Both the position numbers and the translations under genes were made by a program. Of a stretch of DNA of 64,000 bases, positions 17,543-26,563 are shown one piece after another (position 1 is the first letter of the stretch; every line of letters begins with the position of its first letter). The notes under the pieces are model-generated. The model saw nothing but the letters and a program-made list of their open reading frames with translations. It ran no database searches and was not told the DNA's origin. This stretch comes from an uncultured Candidatus Saccharibacteria bacterium (GTDB lineage Bacteria; Patescibacteriota; Saccharimonadia; Saccharimonadales; 2-12-FULL-41-12): NCBI GenBank assembly GCA_964573095.1, contig CAZNIK010000001.1:185004-249003 (forward strand). The letters run 5' to 3'.

Positions 17543-18117
17543 AGCATCCCAACGATTATATCTCGAAGCTTCTTATTATGAAAATACACTGTCACTACAC
17601 CATACTTACTTTTTCTGCGATAGTTTCCTATTGAACCCGAAATAGTCACATGAGTTTTGTAAAACTGATCTCTTGAGACACTGAGTTGATTTGTCCAATA
17701 GAGCATCGCTTCTTCTTGATCAATATCAGTAAATAATTGCAATCCAAATTTTAATTTTGATCTTTTAACTGAGAAAAAACGCACCAGAAAACTTATGAAA
17801 GTTTCTATAAGCTTTGGGTCTGAATTTCCTAGCCTAATCGAGTGTGTGTCCGCTTTTGTGCCTTCACCCCAATAAAGCCCCATCCCCATGCCAAATAAGT
17901 TTGCGTCTTCGAGCGTTTGGGGCGACCTAAAAGTAAACGGATCACCGGCCGGATTTGCTTTTTTGTATATGGCGTCGCTTATCGACCTCCTCACTATTTC
18001 GTGTTTTTTCATCCAATACACAACTTTGTGGTGTGAACACCCAAGCGCATGCGAAATATCCATCATGGACTTCTCTTCAGTCACGTACAGTTTTTCGAGA
18101 AGTCTCTTTTCAATCAT
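17533..18117 (-). CDS. HTH-domain protein with a LAGLIDADG-like endonuclease motif (194 aa)
   Basis: N-terminal HTH (MMDISHALGCSHHKVVYWMKKHEI), then LFGMGMGLYWGEGTK resembling the LAGLIDADG core. AT-rich: 17-22 G+C per 60 nt in two hand-counted lines. The stop overlaps tRNA-Thr by 10 nt. Confidence 0.55.
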   Translation of the reverse strand: MIEKRLLEKLYVTEEKSMMDISHALGCSHHKVVYWMKKHEIVRRSISDAIYKKANPAGDPFTFRSPQTLEDANLFGMGMGLYWGEGTKADTHSIRLGNSDPKLIETFISFLVRFFSVKRSKLKFGLQLFTDIDQEEAMLYWTNQLSVSRDQFYKTHVTISGSIGNYRRKSKYGVVTVYFHNKKLRDIIVGMLPR

Positions 18118-18160
18118 GGTAGACCTTTACATACACAGGAATATACTATACGCAATAATA

Positions 18161-18189
18161 TTGGTTTTTCAAGCTTACTTTGCTACAAT
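18161..18189 (+). promoter_or_regulatory. candidate promoter for the tRNA-Thr/tRNA-Tyr pair
   Basis: TTGGTT (18161-18166), 17-nt spacer, TACAAT (18184-18189), about 22 nt upstream of the tRNA. Confidence 0.4.
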
Positions 18190-18211
18190 TTACTTCTGTT
18201 AGGTAGGCTAT

Positions 18212-18287
18212 GCCGACGTAGCTCAGTGGCTAGAGCGGCTGTTTTGTAAACAGCGGGTCGCCGGTTCGAATCCGGCCGTCGGCTCCA
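18212..18287 (+). tRNA. tRNA-Thr (anticodon UGU)
   Basis: GCCGACG / GCTCAGTGGCTAGAGC / GCTGT-TTTGTAA-ACAGC / GCCGGTTCGAATCCGGC / CGTCGGC-T-CCA. Confidence 0.9.
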
Positions 18288-18302
18288 AACCAAGCGCATT
18301 AT

Positions 18303-18388
18303 GCAGGGTTAGTGAAGCGGTCAAACACGTCAGACTGTAAATCTGATGGCTTATGCCTTCGCAGGTTCGAATCCTGCACCCTGCACCA
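18303..18388 (+). tRNA. tRNA-Tyr (anticodon GUA), class II with long variable arm
   Basis: GCAGGGT acceptor, anticodon arm TCAGA-CTGTAAA-TCTGA, variable arm TGGCTTATGCCTTC, T-arm GCAGGTTCGAATCCTGC, ACCCTGC-A-CCA. Confidence 0.9.
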
Positions 18389-18552
18389 AGCATGGTTTGG
18401 CAACTCTGCCAGGCCATGATTGGTCTAGTAGATCATGAGAACCGAAGGTTCGGCGGACGAGAAGCGCAGAGCAAAATGAGTTTACTCGTTTTTGCCGAGC
18501 ATCGCAGGAAGGAGTGTGGCGAAGCCACGCGATATCCTGCACCCTGCACCAA
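18371..18552 (+). repeat. 19-nt direct repeat of the tRNA-Tyr 3-prime end (att-like)
   Basis: ATCCTGCACCCTGCACCAA occurs at 18371-18389 (end of T-loop through CCA plus 1 nt) and again at 18534-18552. The offset is 163 nt and the enclosed segment is 144 nt. Confidence 0.85.
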
Positions 18553-18564
18553 ACCATAAGCATT

Positions 18565-19050
18565 ATGTCTATACTTGTAGCACGTCACGGCTTTTCTGTC
18601 GCTAATGATCGCGACCAATACGGCACGCCAGCCTTCGGCAATCCAGAAGCCTCACTGATGCCTCAAGGTAAAGAGCAGGCTACAGACTTAGGTGGAAGAT
18701 TAGCTAGTGAATATGGTTTTGATGTTATAAACGAGCCTGTAGCTGTTTCCATGATGCGGCGAACACAAGAAACGGCAATTGTAGCTGGATTCCGCTGGTT
18801 ACACATTTATCCCGAACTTGATGAAGAAAAAGGTGGTATGACTGATGAAGGGACCCGTGAAGCGTTGACTACCAGGCGTCCGCCCGCTGCAACTCGTGAA
18901 GCAGCACAGTACCTTATCGCCACCCCACCAAAAGAAAGAGTCTGGGTCACTCATGCGTTATTGATAGCAACTTTATGCCAGGAACTAGGTGTCTACCAAG
19001 ATGAGCGATTTACACCCAAGTTTTGCGAAATCAGAGAGCTCCCTTTATAG
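18565..19050 (+). CDS. histidine phosphatase (phosphoglycerate mutase-like) family protein
   Basis: MSILVARHGFS carries the RHG catalytic motif; downstream H in VWVTHALL. The ATG at 18565 is chosen because the track start 18514 lies inside the tRNA-derived repeat. Confidence 0.7.
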   Translation: MSILVARHGFSVANDRDQYGTPAFGNPEASLMPQGKEQATDLGGRLASEYGFDVINEPVAVSMMRRTQETAIVAGFRWLHIYPELDEEKGGMTDEGTREALTTRRPPAATREAAQYLIATPPKERVWVTHALLIATLCQELGVYQDERFTPKFCEIRELPL

Positions 19051-19152
19051 TTTGACTAGTAGTAAAGTTCTGCTCTCAGCAATCACGCTACACCACAGAT
19101 TAGAGCATTTAGTGCGTTAGAATTTTCTGAGCTAATGCGATAATGTATAGCC

Positions 19153-19380
19153 ATGTTGAAGTTTCAATTTAATAAGCTTGTGCGAGACAAGATTGTTGAT
19201 CAGCAAATTGCGTCTGGAGCAAAACCTCACTACCGCGCACTGACAGGAAGCGATCTAGATATTGTCGAGGACTCCCCAAAAGATGATTTTTGGGGATGGG
19301 GTCCAAATCGAGATGGACGAAACGAACTTGGCAAAATCTGGATGCGATTAAGAAGCGAGCTACGCCAAAAGAGAAGCTAA
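19153..19380 (+). pseudogene. 75-aa chimeric remnant: MazG-like N-terminal fragment joined to a NADAR/YbiA-like C-terminal fragment
   Basis: FNKLVRDKIVDQ resembles the start of MazG-type NTP pyrophosphohydrolases. DDFWGWGPNRDGRNELGKIWMRLR resembles the C-terminal NADAR motif. Neither domain is complete. Confidence 0.35.
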
Positions 19381-20036
19381 ACGACGACGCGTTTTGAGGG
19401 ACGACGAATACGAGATTTTCGCTTGCCGGTGGGAACTTTCATCTTTTTCAGCTTATCTTCTATCAAGTCGGCTTTGTCTTCTATCCCCATAGAGCGATAT
19501 GTCCTCTCGAGCATTGCAAACACCTCGTGGGTGGGCTCTATCTCGCTAGCTTTTTCGAGCTCATCTAGCATTTGTTTTTCATTTCCCAGGCGCTCCAAGG
19601 CTTTTGCAAGCGCGATGTGCCTTGCCGCCATCGTATCTTCCAACTTCAGAGCTTCCTCGAATGCCGTCACGCCTTTTTCGTAATTTTCGGTTTCATAATA
19701 AATAAGCCCTAGATTGTGCAAACTTGAGGCGGTTGGCTCAATACTGCACGCTATTTCGAAGCAGTCAATGGCGTCCTTATATTCTTTTTGCTTTGCGTAC
19801 AAAATGCCCAGGCGATTGTAAGCTGCAGCATTTTTTTCGTCGATTTTTAAGATAGTAAGCAGCGCTTTTTCCGCCCTTAGCAACCGGTTTTCTCGCATAC
19901 CCTGGTGTACAACATCCCAAAGCCGGCCAATCCGTTCACCAATTCGATGGGGAATATCGGGCTCCTCTTCAGAATGTTTTGAAAACGCCCGAAAAGTGAG
20001 GGCGCCAAGCCCAACAATAAGTACAAGTTCATACAT
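19377..20036 (-). CDS. membrane-anchored tetratricopeptide-repeat protein
   Basis: N-terminal hydrophobic helix, then repeated TPR-like units (AAYNRLGILYAKQKEYKDAIDCFEIA..., SLHNLGLIYYETENYEKGVTAFEEAL...). Confidence 0.8.
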   Translation of the reverse strand: MYELVLIVGLGALTFRAFSKHSEEEPDIPHRIGERIGRLWDVVHQGMRENRLLRAEKALLTILKIDEKNAAAYNRLGILYAKQKEYKDAIDCFEIACSIEPTASSLHNLGLIYYETENYEKGVTAFEEALKLEDTMAARHIALAKALERLGNEKQMLDELEKASEIEPTHEVFAMLERTYRSMGIEDKADLIEDKLKKMKVPTGKRKSRIRRPSKRVVV

Positions 20037-20056
20037 ATATTTAAAACATTATACCA

Positions 20057-20929
20057 TTAGAGTGCCGCGAAAAGGCGAGACAGCGTTAGCTTTTGGTTCG
20101 CACCGCGTTGGTTGTCTTGAATTGCGTCGTAGACACGACTCAGTCTATGCAAGGAGGCTTGCTGCTGTGACGAGTTTGTCCCCTTTACTGAGTTCTGAAA
20201 CGTGGCATTTAGTACGATTCGAATTGACTCAAGCAAGTCCGAGACTGGGATTTCTGGTTTCTTTATTAACGCATCAACCATGCAAAGTCTGTCGTATTTA
20301 CTCTTGGTTAGTATCTCTTTTGCCAGTGAAATTGCGGGCCCCGTTCGTAAGTCATCAGACTCTCCTAGTAGTGCCGTCATAAGACCAACCCGTCCACCGC
20401 TTATTGCGTAGGCTTGCTCCAGCTCAGCAGCCTCGTACGATGAAAGCATTTCTTTGGCAACAGCTTCAGAAACCGCCAAGACTTGGATTTCTTGAAGACG
20501 AGACCGAACCGTCTCCAATACAGACGCAGGATGATTGAACGTGACAACAATTGAAGTATGCGAAGGCGGTTCTTCGAGTGTCTTAAGTAGCGCATTCTGT
20601 GCTTCGTGTCCCAGCGCATGAATGTGTTCCAAAACAACAACTCGATTAATGCTCGCCCGGCGGGGTACTTTTATGCTGAGGGCCTTTTGGAGATCTCGAA
20701 TTTCATCAATACCGAACTTCTCACTTTCGACGTCGTAGCGAAGACAATACGGGTACTTTGCCAGATCCGGCAGCTCTAAGCCCAAAAGCTTGGCGGCAAT
20801 ATACTTTGCAACAAACCCCTTGCCGCTTTTTGGTTCCCCAACAATGCCCACGGCTTGCGGGGGGTCATTCAGCAATAGCTCGATCTTCTTTTTTGTTGTG
20901 GGATGAAAAATTGGGGCTTCCACAATCAT
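20057..20929 (-). CDS. holB: DNA polymerase III delta-prime subunit
   Basis: GEPKSGKG P-loop-like motif, NALLKTLEEPP and TVRSRLQ. Confidence 0.8.
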   Translation of the reverse strand: MIVEAPIFHPTTKKKIELLLNDPPQAVGIVGEPKSGKGFVAKYIAAKLLGLELPDLAKYPYCLRYDVESEKFGIDEIRDLQKALSIKVPRRASINRVVVLEHIHALGHEAQNALLKTLEEPPSHTSIVVTFNHPASVLETVRSRLQEIQVLAVSEAVAKEMLSSYEAAELEQAYAISGGRVGLMTALLGESDDLRTGPAISLAKEILTKSKYDRLCMVDALIKKPEIPVSDLLESIRIVLNATFQNSVKGTNSSQQQASLHRLSRVYDAIQDNQRGANQKLTLSRLFAAL

Positions 20930-21774
20930 ACTCCTCGCAAAAAGTCTTTAGGGACAGCAGCTGTAAACGTTTGCCTTGATCGGTTCGGTAAAGTTATTTC
21001 TAAACTATAGGCGTGCAAATAAAGCCGACTCGCTGGCCGACCCCCGTAAAAACTATCCCCCACTATTGGATGCCCTAAGTATTTCATATGGACCCGTAAT
21101 TGATGCGTTCTGCCAGTTGTTGGTCGGAGTTCAAGATAATCAAAATCGTCGAGAGATTTTAATACTTTATATTCCGTTATGGCGGGCTTTCCGTTGGCCC
21201 CGACTCTAAATTTCTGCGGCGCTTTGGGGTTTCTTTCGATTGGTAAGTCTAAAATCACCTGGGGTTGCTTGACGTGCCCTTGAACCAACGCACGGTATAC
21301 TTTCTTAGCCTTTCTTGTCTGGAATTGCTTCTGTAGGGCTCCTAGAGCCTTCCGGTTCTTTGCGACTATCATAATGCCACTTGTGGCTCTGTCGAGCCTA
21401 TGAACTATTCCAGTGCGATTCGATTGACTGGGAAAATCAAAACCACCCCTCTGCGCGGACCACGAAGCAACAGTCGCTTCGGAGTTATCAGCCCCTTTAC
21501 TGTGGGTAAGAACGCCTATTGGCTTGTCAATAACCACACAATCATCATCTTCGTAGAGCACCGGGAGAGTTAGACTGCTGTTGCGTGAATTGGGTATCTT
21601 TTTGTGAAAGAGTTCAACAACATCCCCGTCAAGCACTGCTTGACTGGCTTTGGTGGCCAGCTTATTGTTTAGCTTCACTTCCCCAGCCTTAATAAATTTC
21701 TGAAGTTGGGCGCGGCTAAATTCTGGGTAGCGTTCGCTCAAACGAGTGTCTAAGCGAGAAACAGTATCAGTCAC
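20926..21774 (-). CDS. RluA-family (RluD-like) pseudouridine synthase with N-terminal S4 domain
   Basis: Catalytic motif HRLDRATSGIMIVAK, GRTHQLRVH and an S4-like N-terminus. Confidence 0.85.
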   Translation of the reverse strand: MTDTVSRLDTRLSERYPEFSRAQLQKFIKAGEVKLNNKLATKASQAVLDGDVVELFHKKIPNSRNSSLTLPVLYEDDDCVVIDKPIGVLTHSKGADNSEATVASWSAQRGGFDFPSQSNRTGIVHRLDRATSGIMIVAKNRKALGALQKQFQTRKAKKVYRALVQGHVKQPQVILDLPIERNPKAPQKFRVGANGKPAITEYKVLKSLDDFDYLELRPTTGRTHQLRVHMKYLGHPIVGDSFYGGRPASRLYLHAYSLEITLPNRSRQTFTAAVPKDFLRGV

Positions 21775-22798
21775 GAGCTCTCAATCCTACGGCCTTCTGA
21801 ACGCGAAGCAATGTATCGTTTGCTACTACTTTTACTGCAGATTCACTCCTGTTCAGCGCATCGACAACCTCTGCCTTATTCACTACCGCCAGCCTGCTCT
21901 GGTAGTTTGCCAAAAATTCTGCAACCGAACCTGCAACGACTCGCTTGAAGTCTCCATAATTGTCGCCACCGTGATCGGCAGCCACTTGCCTAGGATCTGA
22001 TTGTCGCAGCAGGGCTAAAATATCTATAAGATTACTGAGACCTAGTTGATGCTGATGATCGTAACGAATACGACCAACACTATCTGTTGTTGCTGACATG
22101 ATTTTTTTGGCCGCAACCTCTGGGTCGTCGTTAAGAAAAATAATTCCCTTGTCGCTTTCAGCACTTTTGCTCATTTTCTTGGAAGGATTTGCTAAGTCCT
22201 TAATTCGAATTCCTTGATCTTTGCCGAAAAAGCTGTGCTGCGCCTTGACATCGGCGGGAACAGTGAATAGTTCCCCAAACATCGCATTTATGCGCTGCGC
22301 AATATCTCGCGTAAACTCTAGATGTTGTGTTTGATCATCTCCAACCGGCACATATGTCGCGTTATACAGTAGTATATCCGCCGCCATCAACACCGGGTAA
22401 CTAAACAGACCCACGCTGACCCTATCCGAATGCCCTGCGCTCTTCTCCTTGAATTGCGTCATACGTTTCATTTCGCCAAAGCTTGTAAAGCAATCCAGTA
22501 TCCATGTCATTTCACTGTGCGCCGAAATAAAACTCTGACGATAGATATACACATCGGCCTTTTTGATAGGAAAACCAGCTGCAATAAACGCCCCAAGGTT
22601 TTCGAATATTTGTGACTGCAACTTCGAGTGATCAATTGGGGTGGTAAAACTATGGAGATCGGGCACAAATAAATTGATCTGGTATTCACCAGCTCGCTCA
22701 TTAGCCATATCAATTATTGGCAGTAAGCCTCCAAAATAATTTCCTAGGTGCAGATCGTTATTGGCACGAAGTCCAGTCAGAATAACAGGCTTGCTCAT
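21767..22798 (-). CDS. trpS: tryptophanyl-tRNA synthetase
   Basis: HIGH-region LHLGNYFG, KMSKS present, about 340 aa. Confidence 0.93.
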   Translation of the reverse strand: MSKPVILTGLRANNDLHLGNYFGGLLPIIDMANERAGEYQINLFVPDLHSFTTPIDHSKLQSQIFENLGAFIAAGFPIKKADVYIYRQSFISAHSEMTWILDCFTSFGEMKRMTQFKEKSAGHSDRVSVGLFSYPVLMAADILLYNATYVPVGDDQTQHLEFTRDIAQRINAMFGELFTVPADVKAQHSFFGKDQGIRIKDLANPSKKMSKSAESDKGIIFLNDDPEVAAKKIMSATTDSVGRIRYDHQHQLGLSNLIDILALLRQSDPRQVAADHGGDNYGDFKRVVAGSVAEFLANYQSRLAVVNKAEVVDALNRSESAVKVVANDTLLRVQKAVGLRARD

Positions 22799-22893
22799 AT
22801 CTAAATATTATATCCTAGATACCGTGGTTTCGTTGAAAGAAATACCGCACGCAACGTTAGTAGTCACAACGAGTACAATATTTATTGACTGTT

Positions 22894-23286
22894 CTATCGC
22901 TTTGTAAACTGACGTTGCTTACGAGCGCCTTTAAGACCAAACTTCTTCCGTTCTTTCTCGCGGGGGTCACGTCCAAGCAGTTCTGCTCTTCGGAGAGTGT
23001 TCTTGTAGTCTGGATTGAGTTGTACGAACGCCTTGGCGATTCCAAGCCGGATTGCGTCAATTTGGCCAGCATGTCCACCGCCATTGACTTTCACACTTAC
23101 ATCAAACTTTGTGTCATCAAGCTCCAGAACCAACATTGGCTTCTTTAGTTCACCTAAAAGCGCCTGGCTGTTTTCAAAGTAGTCATTCACCGGCTTATCG
23201 TTTACTAAAAAATTGCCTTTGCCTTTGGTGACTCGAACTCTTGCGGTGGCACTCTTTCTGCGACCGAGAGCATAAAAATAATTCAT
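22894..23286 (-). CDS. rpsI: 30S ribosomal protein S9
   Basis: GGGHAGQIDAIRLGIAKA and the C-terminal ...GARKQRQFTKR. Confidence 0.97.
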   Translation of the reverse strand: MNYFYALGRRKSATARVRVTKGKGNFLVNDKPVNDYFENSQALLGELKKPMLVLELDDTKFDVSVKVNGGGHAGQIDAIRLGIAKAFVQLNPDYKNTLRRAELLGRDPREKERKKFGLKGARKQRQFTKR

Positions 23287-23726
23287 TTGCTACCTTTCTT
23301 TAATGAAAGCTTTTCTGGCTTTTGGGCAGTGTGGTCGTGTTCTTGACCCACATAAATTTTGAGACGCGCAAGCCTATCATCTCGTAGCTTATTAACCGGC
23401 AGCATGCCCCTCACCGCTTGATGTACCACCTTTTTTGGATCCTTTTCTAGCTCGTATTTGAGAGTTGTCTCACGAAGCCCTCCAGGATAATGGCTATGCT
23501 TATAATACTTCTTATCGTCAACCTTTTTCCCTGTTACTACCAGATTTTTGGCATTTACGATCACGACGTAATCACCACAGTCTATGTGTTTCGTAAAAAT
23601 TGGCTTACCCTTGCCTATGAGTAGTTCGGCAACACGCGTGCTAAGTCTCCCGAGAGGCACCTCACTCGCATCGACGACGTACCACTTGCGAACAACGTCG
23701 CTTGGTTTTGCAGAATAGGTCTTCAT
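23283..23726 (-). CDS. rplM: 50S ribosomal protein L13
   Basis: RKWYVVDASEVPLGRLST...KYYKHSHYPGG. Confidence 0.97.
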   Translation of the reverse strand: MKTYSAKPSDVVRKWYVVDASEVPLGRLSTRVAELLIGKGKPIFTKHIDCGDYVVIVNAKNLVVTGKKVDDKKYYKHSHYPGGLRETTLKYELEKDPKKVVHQAVRGMLPVNKLRDDRLARLKIYVGQEHDHTAQKPEKLSLKKGSK

Positions 23727-24181
23727 TACTTCTTTACCACTTCTTTCTTCTTGACAGGCGGTTTCTTTGCTGTAGCTGTGGTCTTGGTTGTTGGTTGTGC
23801 CTTTTTCTTTATCGCGACTGAAAGATCATCTACAAAACTTACCCGAGCAAGCTGTGCATTGTCTCCCCGGCGTAGTGTTGTTCTTTCGATTCTTAGGTGG
23901 CCACTTGATCGGCCTTGTAGCTTTGGGGCGATGTCGTCAACAAGCTTATGAGCACTCTCTAGTGTTTGAAGTCGGGCAATAATTTGCCTCCGGCTATGAA
24001 GATCACCTTTTTTAGCCTTGGTGATGAGCCGTTCAGTATAGGGTACAATTTCCTTTGCTTTGGGCAATGTTGTCTCGATCGACTCATACTTTATCAGCGA
24101 GTCGGCGAGCCCCTTTATGAGCGCTCGGCGCTGGTCCCGCTCACGTCCAAATTTGCGACCTTTATATGCGTGACGATGCAT
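23726..24181 (-). CDS. rplQ: 50S ribosomal protein L17 (Lys-rich C-terminal tail)
   Basis: MHRHAYKGRKFGRERDQRRAL...TTLPKAKE. Position is after rpoA. Confidence 0.96.
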   Translation of the reverse strand: MHRHAYKGRKFGRERDQRRALIKGLADSLIKYESIETTLPKAKEIVPYTERLITKAKKGDLHSRRQIIARLQTLESAHKLVDDIAPKLQGRSSGHLRIERTTLRRGDNAQLARVSFVDDLSVAIKKKAQPTTKTTATAKKPPVKKKEVVKK

Positions 24182-24184
24182 TGA

Positions 24185-25132
24185 CTAAAACTCCATCTCC
24201 GCCATTTTTTCTTTTACTTCATCCAATGCTTTGCTCCCAAAGCCTTTTAGGTCCCGAAGTTCGGCATCGCTCAGTGAGAAAAGGTCCTTTAGGGTGTGAA
24301 TGTCATTATTTACCAAAGCGTTTGTCGTTCTGGCCGAAAGATTTAAATCTTCGATAGACGTCATTAATGCCGGGGAGTCATCTCCCTCGCCACCCGCAGA
24401 ACTATCTACGTTGCTGGCAGTAAGTGGCGCCGAGGCTTCAACTTTTGTTTGGCCGGCGAGCGCTGTGTACTGGTTCACTAGAATCGCAGACGCCTCTTCA
24501 AATGCATCTTTTGGAGTGATCGTGCCATCGGTATCGACGGTAATAACTAACTTGTCTAGATCAGTCATTTGCCCAACGCGGGTGTTCTCGACCTTATAGC
24601 GCACTCTTTGCACAGGACTAAAGATAGCGTCAACAGCGATCATGTCGGAGTAGACTTTTCTATTGGAAACCTCTTCTACAGTCCGATAGCCGCGGCCAAC
24701 TTCGACGATAACATCAAACGCAACGTTCGCGCTGGCATCATCGAGCGTGGCAATCTCATGGTTTGGATTCACCACCTCGACGTTGGCATTCACTTGTATG
24801 TCCTTAGCCGTCAGCGTACCTTTGCCTTTTTTGCTCACCCGAAGAGTCTGGGCCTCGTCGTTGAAAATACGAAACTTAACTCCCTTTAGGTTGAGTATGA
24901 TCTCTACCAAATCCTCTTTGACGCCTGGAAGGGTTGTAAACTCGTGGCTTGCGCCTTCGAACTTGACTCCAGTAATTGCGGCACCAGCAATCGAAGACAG
25001 CAAAACTCTACGCAAACTATTCCCAAGCGTCATTCCATAGCCACTATGGAGCGGCTCGATACTAAACGTGGTGCTCGTATCATCGTGTTCATTTATGTGT
25101 ACTACTCCTGGTGTGTGAATCATTTTAGACAT
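24185..25132 (-). CDS. rpoA: DNA-directed RNA polymerase alpha subunit
   Basis: FSIEPLHSGYGMTLGNSLRRVLLSSI N-terminal domain and LNLSARTTNALVNNDIHTLKDL C-terminal domain. Confidence 0.97.
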   Translation of the reverse strand: MSKMIHTPGVVHINEHDDTSTTFSIEPLHSGYGMTLGNSLRRVLLSSIAGAAITGVKFEGASHEFTTLPGVKEDLVEIILNLKGVKFRIFNDEAQTLRVSKKGKGTLTAKDIQVNANVEVVNPNHEIATLDDASANVAFDVIVEVGRGYRTVEEVSNRKVYSDMIAVDAIFSPVQRVRYKVENTRVGQMTDLDKLVITVDTDGTITPKDAFEEASAILVNQYTALAGQTKVEASAPLTASNVDSSAGGEGDDSPALMTSIEDLNLSARTTNALVNNDIHTLKDLFSLSDAELRDLKGFGSKALDEVKEKMAEMEF

Positions 25133-25150
25133 TTTTAGCCTCCTATTTAG

Positions 25151-25765
25151 CTAGCGTGAGTAATACTCAACAATTAATTGCTCATTGATATCTGGTTCAA
25201 CTTCTTCCCTAGTCGGAATGCCAGTAACGGTGATCGTAAATTTTTTGCGATCAACTTTGATCCAAGACGGTAAATCGCTACCCGCAGGACTCACGTCGTC
25301 AAGCCGCTTAAAATAATCAGTTTTTCGCGAAGTCGGGCGAACAACAAGCGTGTCTCCTGGATTGAGTCGTATGGACGGAATGTCCACCCGTCGCCCGTTG
25401 AGCTCAAAATGGCCATGGGTGACCAACTGCCGAGAGGCCCGCCGGCTCACCGCAAAACCAGCTCGATATACGGCATTATCAGCTCGCTGCTCCAAAAAGC
25501 GCAGAAGTATTTCGCCAGACTGACCTTCAGTACGATTGGCTTCCTTCATTAAGTTCGAAAATTGCTTTTCTAGTAATCCGTACAGTCTCTTCACTTTTTG
25601 CTTTTCTCGAAGCTGCAATGAATACTGGCTAGTCTTTGTCCTAAACGAGCGCTGTGCTTGCCCAGGAGGTGTTGGTCGCTTCACAAGCGCCTTGTGCGCT
25701 TTTGGGTGCAACGCATACCCCTCGCGACGACTCATTTTTACAATCGACTGTGTATCTCGAGCCAT
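25151..25765 (-). CDS. rpsD: 30S ribosomal protein S4
   Basis: RRASRQLVTHGHFELNGRRVDIPS S4 domain, N-terminal basic region. Confidence 0.97.
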   Translation of the reverse strand: MARDTQSIVKMSRREGYALHPKAHKALVKRPTPPGQAQRSFRTKTSQYSLQLREKQKVKRLYGLLEKQFSNLMKEANRTEGQSGEILLRFLEQRADNAVYRAGFAVSRRASRQLVTHGHFELNGRRVDIPSIRLNPGDTLVVRPTSRKTDYFKRLDDVSPAGSDLPSWIKVDRKKFTITVTGIPTREEVEPDINEQLIVEYYSR

Positions 25766-25766
25766 C

Positions 25767-26159
25767 CTATACTCTCCTTGCTTTCTTGGGTCTTACGCCG
25801 CCATGCGCAACAGTTGTCACGTCGGTAATTGATTCTACAGAAATACCTGCGGCTGTGAGGGCTCTCACAGCTGACTCACGCCCAAGCCCAACGCCTTTGA
25901 TAAACACATCAGCCTTTGCAAGATTGTGTTGCTGTTTGGCGGTCGCGATAGCCTTTTCGGCTGCAACTTGCGCAGCATAGGCGGTACCTTTTTTGCTGCC
26001 ACGGAATCCACAGCCCCCGGCACTCGCACTTGCGAGAGCACCACCGCTTGAATCGGTAATTGTTATGATTGTATTGTTAAAAGAGGCATAGACATGAACG
26101 TGTCCCGCTGGGACAGATCGTTTTGCTTTCTTCTTCTTTGATACCGTTGGTTCTGCCAT
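25767..26159 (-). CDS. rpsK: 30S ribosomal protein S11
   Basis: [15 protein letters not shown]...[14 protein letters not shown]. Confidence 0.97.
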   Translation of the reverse strand: MAEPTVSKKKKAKRSVPAGHVHVYASFNNTIITITDSSGGALASASAGGCGFRGSKKGTAYAAQVAAEKAIATAKQQHNLAKADVFIKGVGLGRESAVRALTAAGISVESITDVTTVAHGGVRPKKARRV

Positions 26160-26173
26160 ATTTTAGTCCTATC

Positions 26174-26560
26174 TTACGTCTTTGACGGTGCTTTCTTTGC
26201 GGTACCACCAACCGTCGCCTTTTTGCCGCGGCGGGTTCGGGCGTTGGTTTTAGTTCGCTGGCCTCTACTGGGAAGATTCGACTTGTGACGAAGACCTCTG
26301 TAGGAGTTAATGTCCTTTAGGCGCTTGATGTTGCCGGTGACAATTCGTTGCAACTCGCCTTCGACAATATAATCGCTGCTGATTGTTTCCGATAATCGAC
26401 CAATCTCGGCGTCTGTGAGATTCTTTACTCTTACCGTTGGCTCGACTTTAGACTTCTTTAAAATATCTGCTGCGTGCTTTGGGCCAATTCCATAAATATA
26501 TGTCAGCGCCACATGCACTTGCTTTTCGTTTGGAATTGTTACTCCAGAGATTCGAGCCAT
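26174..26560 (-). CDS. rpsM: 30S ribosomal protein S13
   Basis: MARISGVTIPNEKQVHVALTYIYGIG. Confidence 0.97.
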   Translation of the reverse strand: MARISGVTIPNEKQVHVALTYIYGIGPKHAADILKKSKVEPTVRVKNLTDAEIGRLSETISSDYIVEGELQRIVTGNIKRLKDINSYRGLRHKSNLPSRGQRTKTNARTRRGKKATVGGTAKKAPSKT

Positions 26561-26563
26561 AAA

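Noticed and set aside
18223-18618. ORFs of 61-70 aa on both strands across tRNA-Thr/tRNA-Tyr and the repeat. The same applies to 11706..11918 over tRNA-Trp and 58547..58762 over tRNA-Leu.
   Set aside because: They are translations of tRNA genes and tRNA-derived repeats (typical GFEPA / VRILHPAP peptides), not proteins.
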